A stretch of DNA of 64,000 nt. It comes from Phoronis australis. Its lineage: Eukaryota > Animalia > Phoronida. Location of the stretch: assembly GCA_002633005.1 (NCBI GenBank), contig NMRA01000200.1:406527-470526 (forward strand), given 5' to 3'. Of this stretch, positions 61,001 to 64,000 are shown piece after piece. The notes under the pieces are model-generated. The model saw only the letters and a list, made by a program, of their open reading frames with translations. It was not told the origin of the DNA and did not search any database. The first letter of the stretch is position 1, and every line of letters starts with the position of its first letter. The position numbers were made by a program, and so were the translations under genes.

Positions 61001-63147
61001 TTGGGCATAACTGTCCCCCATTATATTGTAAATGTTATCATTATCCTGTTGTTTCAGCCTGTCCCCCTGGTGTCTTCGGTGTAAACTGCCTGCAGCGCTG
61101 TGATTGTAAGAACAGTGCGGAATGTGATCCAGCCTCAGGAGAGTGTATCTGTGCCCCAGGATGGAGGGGACCTTCTTGTGAAGATAGTAAGAGCTGTGTA
61201 GTGAATAAGGGTTGAACACTGGTAAAATATTAGCATTATCAACAGGACACTTGATGTGCTTTATAGCACAAGAAAAGAGACCTAATAACATTTCTTCTTC
61301 AATTTTGTTAGTTTTTCTTCCTCAGTTTTGTTCAATCCTTCCTGTAGGGCTCATGTATTCTCGTTAAAGTATAGCAAAAGAGACTAATGATGCTTATGCG
61401 GATTACAATTAGCAAATTTGATTTACAACATCAAGCACCCAAGGTCATGGGAATGAAGAATGTGTGACCTTCAAGTGAAACGTGGAAACTGGCTTCAGCA
61501 GAAAACTAAGAAATGCTTGATGGTGGGCATTTGGAGACTTTAGACGGTTGGCATTGGGAAAAATTCAAAAAAAAGTCTTGTGTCTGACTGTTGTGCGTGC
61601 ACTGGGAAGTTGCACCCATCTTAATGAAATAGCACGTTTGTTGAAAAAATACAGCCACATTTGAACACTACAGCAATGTTACTTTAATAATTCAACTTTT
61701 GAGTTGCAAATTTTTGTCTCGTGATTTATTTAAATTTATCCATTATGTACTTTTATAGTAGTAATTTAGTTTGATCTGTTATTGTTATGAGATGCTCTTT
61801 TGTCTGTGGTAGATGGTGTCATGATGGTCTGCTCATTAGTATCCTCATGAGGTCTACACTTATTACTCTGTGTTTGTTACAGAATGTCCTAGTGGTTACT
61901 ATGGCCCTGGCTGTGCTAGTCCGTGTAAATGTGAGAACGGTGCTCAGTGTGACCACATCAGTGGTGCTTGTACGTGCACCGCAGGCTGGAGGAATGTCTT
62001 CTGTGACAAACCATGTCCCGATGGCTTTTATGGGCTGGAGTGTCGCAGTATGTGCAGGTGTAAGAATGGCGCACACTGCGACCCCACCAATGGCCAGTGT
62101 CATTGTGAAGCTGGATGGATGGGAGACTTGTGTCGACTGCCCTGCCCTTCAGGATCCTACGGGCCCGATTGCAACTTAACATGTTCATGTCAGAATGGTG
62201 CCAGCTGTGACCACATCAGTGGGGGTTGTATATGTGCACCTGGATACAGGGGTCTGTCTTGTGAGCAAAGTAAGTGATTGCTTTGAGGCCATGCTTGACT
62301 GGGGCATGCTGGATGGCTGTCTTTTGTAATGGTAAATGCTGGAAATCCAGAATTTATGAACATATCTGAGTGTGGAGATGCACAAACATCTCTATTCGAT
62401 GCTCTCGTAAAAAGCAGCATAGGAAAGGATTATTTGTCCGATCGGTATGTATGTGATTGACAAGATTACATCAATGTTTACATTGTGTCTCAGTTTGCAT
62501 ACTCTAGTGTTTGCATTTTTAAAACAGTCATGTATTTGATGATTTCGACCATTCCAGCTTGTCAACCTGGTTTTTACGGTGCCAACTGTGCTCAGCAGTG
62601 TTTGTGTGCCAATGGTGGGTCATGTGACCCTATAGATGGCAGATGTGATTGTGCAGCTGGCTGGACTGGTATTGCCTGTGAACAGAGTAAGTACCTCCTA
62701 ATGTGACAGTAGGAGGGAGCTAATGTGGAGGTTTAAGTATTTGATAGTGTGTAGATGGATCCCTATATTTTCTGACTGTAAGGTGGGGAAAGTTTACTTT
62801 TAAAAATTGGTCATTTTAATCTCCACTAATTTATTGCTGGTTGATAATTAGTTTTAATTTCGTTGTTAAAAGTTGTAAAATATTAGAAAAAGGCAAGCGT
62901 TTTTTGCTCCTCAATTGCTTGTGTGGTTCTCTCTTGCGTAATTGTGTCTATGTTTCTGTAGATGTGCTGATATTTATTTCATACAAGCCAGTACAATGAT
63001 GCCTTGTATGACTTTCAGGCTGCGATAGTGATTATTTCGGTGCCAACTGCAAGGAACGCTGTGATTGTCTCTACAGTTCCTCATGTGACAGATTTGATGG
63101 AAGGTGCAAATGTAAGCCGGGGTACACTGGAACCAAATGTGACCAAC
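15993..63147 (+). CDS. MEGF6: Multi-exon gene, MEGF6/EGFL3-like secreted protein (signal peptide-EMI-9 EGF/cbEGF-linker-laminin-type EGF array); 3' end lies beyond the window
   Basis: Hand-spliced GT-AG exons give one open frame: [26 protein letters not shown] (EMI), [29 protein letters not shown], 8-Cys EGF SCCTQTC..DKCGCD, then CxxGxFGxxC repeats. These match the MEGF6 motifs and domain order as I recall them. Confidence 0.92.
17900..18037 (+). CDS. MEGF6: Exon 2: EMI domain N-half ([45 protein letters not shown])
   Basis: ttttcacAG acceptor, AG|GTAAAC donor, 138 nt, phase 2-2. Confidence 0.93.
19186..20785. mobile_element. 1.6-kb non-autonomous Kolobok-like DNA transposon in intron 2
   Basis: Perfect 15-bp TIR AGGAGAATGCCACCC / GGGTGGCATTCTCCT; left flank TTAA, right flank ATAA. 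Confidence 0.8.
22277..22404 (+). CDS. MEGF6: Exon 3: EMI domain C-half ([43 protein letters not shown])
   Basis: tttcAG acceptor, A|GTAAGT donor, CCxGW EMI motif, phase 2-1. Confidence 0.93.
24904..25300. mobile_element. Harbinger-like MITE remnant
   Basis: gccgtttacac / gtgtaaacggc and ctgacacgga / tccgtgtcag inverted motifs. Confidence 0.5.
27138..27430. mobile_element. MITE, GGCGGATCC-type TIR, 5-bp TSD
   Basis: acggggtggatccagg ... taaatccgccactg, AGCAG on both sides. Confidence 0.75.
30257..30792. repeat. 45-bp minisatellite, about 12 copies
   Basis: Unit gatttacatcaccacagtactctcattagagcacttcattccata; produces ORF 30254..30814. Confidence 0.97.
32550..32654 (+). CDS. MEGF6: Exon 4: EGF ([34 protein letters not shown])
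   Basis: 105 nt, phase 1-1, six-Cys EGF spacing, G|GTAAGG donor. Confidence 0.93.
35109..35342. mobile_element. Tc1/mariner-like MITE (family also at 44244-44495, with an end fragment near 21218)
   Basis: aaaatctcaccaattt / aaattggtgagatttt TIR; internal similarity to 44244 tacagtgaaatctcactaattt. Confidence 0.65.
37034..37121. repeat. 14-bp tandem repeat (gcaatagtagcttg), about 6 copies
   Basis: Direct reading. Confidence 0.95.
39227..39735. mobile_element. About 510-bp diverged foldback (palindromic MITE)
   Basis: Nested inverted pairs tgatgatcacag/ctgtgatcatca, aaaaatgtgattttt/aaaaatcacattttt, tgtttctttatt/aataaagaaaca, ctgggatttt/aaaatcccag. Confidence 0.8.
39727..40556. repeat. About 414-bp direct duplication across the single N at 40141 (probable haplotype overlap artefact)
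   Basis: 39727-40140 vs 40142-40556 differ by a few SNPs. Confidence 0.85.
40552..40868. repeat. 106-bp tandem repeat, 3 copies
   Basis: gtctcctgatt at 40559, 40665 and 40771. Confidence 0.92.
41022..41144 (+). CDS. MEGF6: Exon 5: cbEGF with 7 Cys ([41 protein letters not shown])
   Basis: 123 nt, phase 1-1, DxNEC..NTxGSY calcium-binding consensus. Confidence 0.93.
41523..41642 (+). CDS. MEGF6: Exon 6: cbEGF ([40 protein letters not shown])
   Basis: 120 nt, tttcAG / A|GTGAGT, phase 1-1. Confidence 0.93.
42612..42655. other. Assembly gap (44 N) after a poly-G run
   Basis: Direct reading. Confidence 0.99.
43370..43495 (+). CDS. MEGF6: Exon 7: EGF ([41 protein letters not shown])
   Basis: 126 nt, phase 1-1, canonical sites. 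Confidence 0.92.
44068..44190 (+). CDS. MEGF6: Exon 8: EGF ([40 protein letters not shown])
   Basis: 123 nt, phase 1-1, canonical sites. Confidence 0.92.
   Translation, partial: KLTHVELTMEAVNRSVPTMVDVPSVSVMLATNWPLTDATV
44244..44495. mobile_element. Tc1/mariner-like MITE, same family as 35109
   Basis: TA-CAGTGAAATCTCAC start, degenerate aaattggctagatgttaccata end. Confidence 0.6.
44828..44950 (+). CDS. MEGF6: Exon 9: cbEGF ([41 protein letters not shown])
   Basis: 123 nt, phase 1-1. Confidence 0.93.
45244..45381 (+). CDS. MEGF6: Exon 10: EGF preceded by RIEMEVVD ([46 protein letters not shown])
   Basis: 138 nt, phase 1-1; CYRIEME is a MEGF6 hallmark (from memory). Confidence 0.93.
45467..45586. 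mobile_element. About 120-bp hairpin MITE
   Basis: aatagtcggatataa / ttatatccgactgtt inverted arms. Confidence 0.6.
46164..46286 (+). CDS. MEGF6: Exon 11: 8-Cys cbEGF ([41 protein letters not shown])
   Basis: 123 nt, phase 1-1; CC..CGC..CGC pattern. Confidence 0.93.
46345..46483 (+). repeat. 66-bp-arm inverted repeat with 7-nt loop in intron 11
   Basis: 46345-46410 pairs with 46418-46483; 62 Watson-Crick pairs plus 4 G-T pairs, no indels. Confidence 0.95.
47314..47436 (+). CDS. MEGF6: Exon 12: cbEGF ([41 protein letters not shown])
   Basis: 123 nt, phase 1-1. Confidence 0.93.
47922..48014 (+). CDS. MEGF6: Linker exon L1 with RGD ([31 protein letters not shown])
   Basis: gtttcAG acceptor, AG|GTAAAT donor, 93 nt, open in phase 1. 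Confidence 0.7.
48949..48975 (+). CDS. MEGF6: Candidate linker microexon L2, 27 nt (ELSEERGSG)
   Basis: ttgttatttcAG acceptor, GAG|GTAACT donor, in frame phase 1-1. Confidence 0.5.
49511..49639 (+). CDS. MEGF6: Linker exon L3 with RGD ([43 protein letters not shown])
   Basis: 129 nt, GC-richer than flanks, ttccAG / G|GTAAGA; GDIPLVR recalls the vertebrate linker GELPFVR (from memory). Confidence 0.8.
50760..50789 (+). CDS. MEGF6: Candidate linker microexon L4, 30 nt ([10 protein letters not shown])
   Basis: tgcttttaacatattgcAG acceptor, AAG|GTAAAT donor, in frame phase 1-1; no other support. Confidence 0.35.
51096..51176 (+). CDS. MEGF6: Linker exon L5 ([27 protein letters not shown])
   Basis: 81 nt, cctcAG / AAG|GTGAGT, open in phase 1. 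Confidence 0.65.
51771..51863 (+). CDS. MEGF6: Linker exon L6 ([31 protein letters not shown])
   Basis: 93 nt, T-rich tract then caaAG acceptor, strong GAG|GTAAGT donor, open in phase 1. Confidence 0.55.
53158..53259 (+). CDS. MEGF6: Linker exon L7, Thr-rich mucin-like ([34 protein letters not shown])
   Basis: 102 nt, ctAG / CAG|GTAAAC, ACT-codon-rich, phase 1-1. Confidence 0.7.
53918..53944 (+). CDS. MEGF6: Candidate linker microexon L8, 27 nt (ALLPPGGAK)
   Basis: gttctctcgtAG acceptor, AAG|GTAAGG donor, in frame phase 1-1. Confidence 0.6.
54745..54888 (+). CDS. MEGF6: First laminin-type EGF exon ([47 protein letters not shown])
   Basis: 144 nt, phase 1-1. Confidence 0.92.
55233..55361 (+). 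CDS. MEGF6: Laminin-type EGF exon ([43 protein letters not shown])
   Basis: 129 nt, phase 1-1. Confidence 0.92.
56583..56785 (+). CDS. MEGF6: Laminin-type EGF exon ([68 protein letters not shown])
   Basis: 203 nt, phase 1-0, CAG|GTATTT. Confidence 0.92.
58194..58497. repeat. 99-bp tandem repeat, 3 copies plus degenerate flanks
   Basis: gaggtta at 58194, 58293, 58392 and 58491; unit equals 33 stop-free codons. Confidence 0.95.
58997..59183 (+). CDS. MEGF6: Laminin-type EGF exon ([62 protein letters not shown])
   Basis: 187 nt, phase 0-1, complements the previous exon. Confidence 0.92.
59428..59553 (+). CDS. MEGF6: Laminin-type EGF exon ([41 protein letters not shown])
   Basis: 126 nt, phase 1-1. 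Confidence 0.92.
59811..59939 (+). CDS. MEGF6: Laminin-type EGF exon ([43 protein letters not shown])
   Basis: 129 nt, phase 1-1. Confidence 0.92.
60318..60446 (+). CDS. MEGF6: Laminin-type EGF exon ([42 protein letters not shown])
   Basis: 129 nt, phase 1-1. Confidence 0.92.
61058..61186 (+). CDS. MEGF6: Laminin-type EGF exon ([42 protein letters not shown])
   Basis: 129 nt, phase 1-1. Confidence 0.92.
61883..62269 (+). CDS. MEGF6: Exon with three laminin-type EGF repeats (3 x 129 nt)
   Basis: 387 nt, within ORF 61870..62277, A|GTAAGT donor. Confidence 0.93.
62558..62686 (+). CDS. MEGF6: Laminin-type EGF exon ([42 protein letters not shown])
   Basis: 129 nt, phase 1-1. Confidence 0.92.
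63019..63147 (+). CDS. MEGF6: Laminin-type EGF exon ([42 protein letters not shown]), last exon visible
   Basis: 129 nt, phase 1-1, C|GTATGT donor; no stop, so the gene continues. Confidence 0.92.
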
Positions 63148-63244
63148 GTATGTATTGTCTTTCTATTACAATATTTGGTGGAACTTTAAAGTCTTGTGCA
63201 GCTTACATTGAAATCTTTATGTTATTTTTTATTAGTACATTTAA

Positions 63245-63902
63245 GGTTATCCAGGACCTTAAGAAACGGTCTCAACTCTTAAGTCAAATATCAAAAAAAC
63301 TATGCTTTGTCAACCATTAAAAGTATATATTTTCTGAGAGGAGAAAAAGAGGGGATTCTGAAAATGCTTACTTTTGTGTCATGTTCAAGAAAGATACATT
63401 CATAGCAGAATAACCCCCTGGCCGATTTTACTGAAACTTTTTAATTAAAACTTTACGTTATATCTTAAAAACGCTGTTAGAAAATTATGATTATTCACTT
63501 AGTTCAGGTTTTAAGCCAAATTAACTAGCAAAACACGAGGCATTTTTGTAAAAAAAAAACGTCAGTTTTATTCTTAGATCGCTTGGTTCACGAAAACTAG
63601 GCATTTTAAAGCAAAATCCTATCAGTGCATTTGAGACATAACGTAAAGTTTTCACTTAAAAAAGTTTTAGTAAAATTGGCTAGGGGGGTTATTTTGCTAT
63701 GAACGTACCTTTCGTGCACATGAAATTTTGACTTAAGAAACGTGATCATGTGACAATAATAAAGGCACAGTAGTAAGAAGCATATTTTTTAGAATCCTCG
63801 AACTTTCTCTTTTCAGAAAATAATACTTTTAATGGTTGTCAGAGCATGGTTTTTTGATATTTCACTTAGAGTTGAGGTTGTTTATTAAGGTCCTAGATAA
63901 CC
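63245..63902. mobile_element. Kolobok-like foldback MITE with TTAA TSD and a nested inner palindromic element (63389-63713)
   Basis: TTAA-ggttatccaggacctt ... aaggtcctagataacc-TTAA with over 100 bp of TIR similarity; inner gaaagatacattcatagcagaataacccc / ggggttattttgctatgaacgtacctttc. Confidence 0.85.
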
Positions 63903-64000
63903 TTAACTGTTTTCCCCTGAAAAATGTGTAAGCGTGTGTGCATACGCGTGTACGTGCATGTGTGTGTGTGAGAAAACAAGACACGCTGCTGTAAGATTTC

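Noticed and set aside
32368-62420. Many minus-strand ORFs overlapping EGF exons
   Set aside because: Antisense shadows of Cys/Gly-rich coding exons with no independent coding signal.

Overview
AT-rich eukaryotic (invertebrate-type animal) genomic DNA from a draft assembly with single-N joins and one 44-N gap. From 15993 to the window end lies the 5' part of one large + strand, intron-rich gene that I recognise as a MEGF6/EGFL3 orthologue. Its order is signal peptide, EMI domain, nine EGF/cbEGF modules (including the diagnostic [12 protein letters not shown] and the 8-Cys EGF), a long linker, then many laminin-type EGF repeats running off the window. I traced 31 GT-AG exons with consistent phases by hand; most are not in the supplied ORF track. 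The most unusual part is the linker: 7-8 small symmetric phase-1 exons (27-129 nt) carrying two RGD motifs, Ser-Gly motifs and a Thr-rich mucin-like tract. The first 15 kb and the introns are packed with mobile DNA: a Penelope-like element with an inverted pLTR and a hammerhead-like motif, decayed LINE and Gypsy fragments, Kolobok-, Harbinger-, Mutator- and mariner-like MITEs, and minisatellites. Also present are a 66-bp intronic hairpin whose mismatches are all G-U on the sense strand, a transposon-borne candidate microexon, a duplicated poison splice donor and a candidate alternative terminal exon. Comparisons to human MEGF6 are from memory, not from a search.
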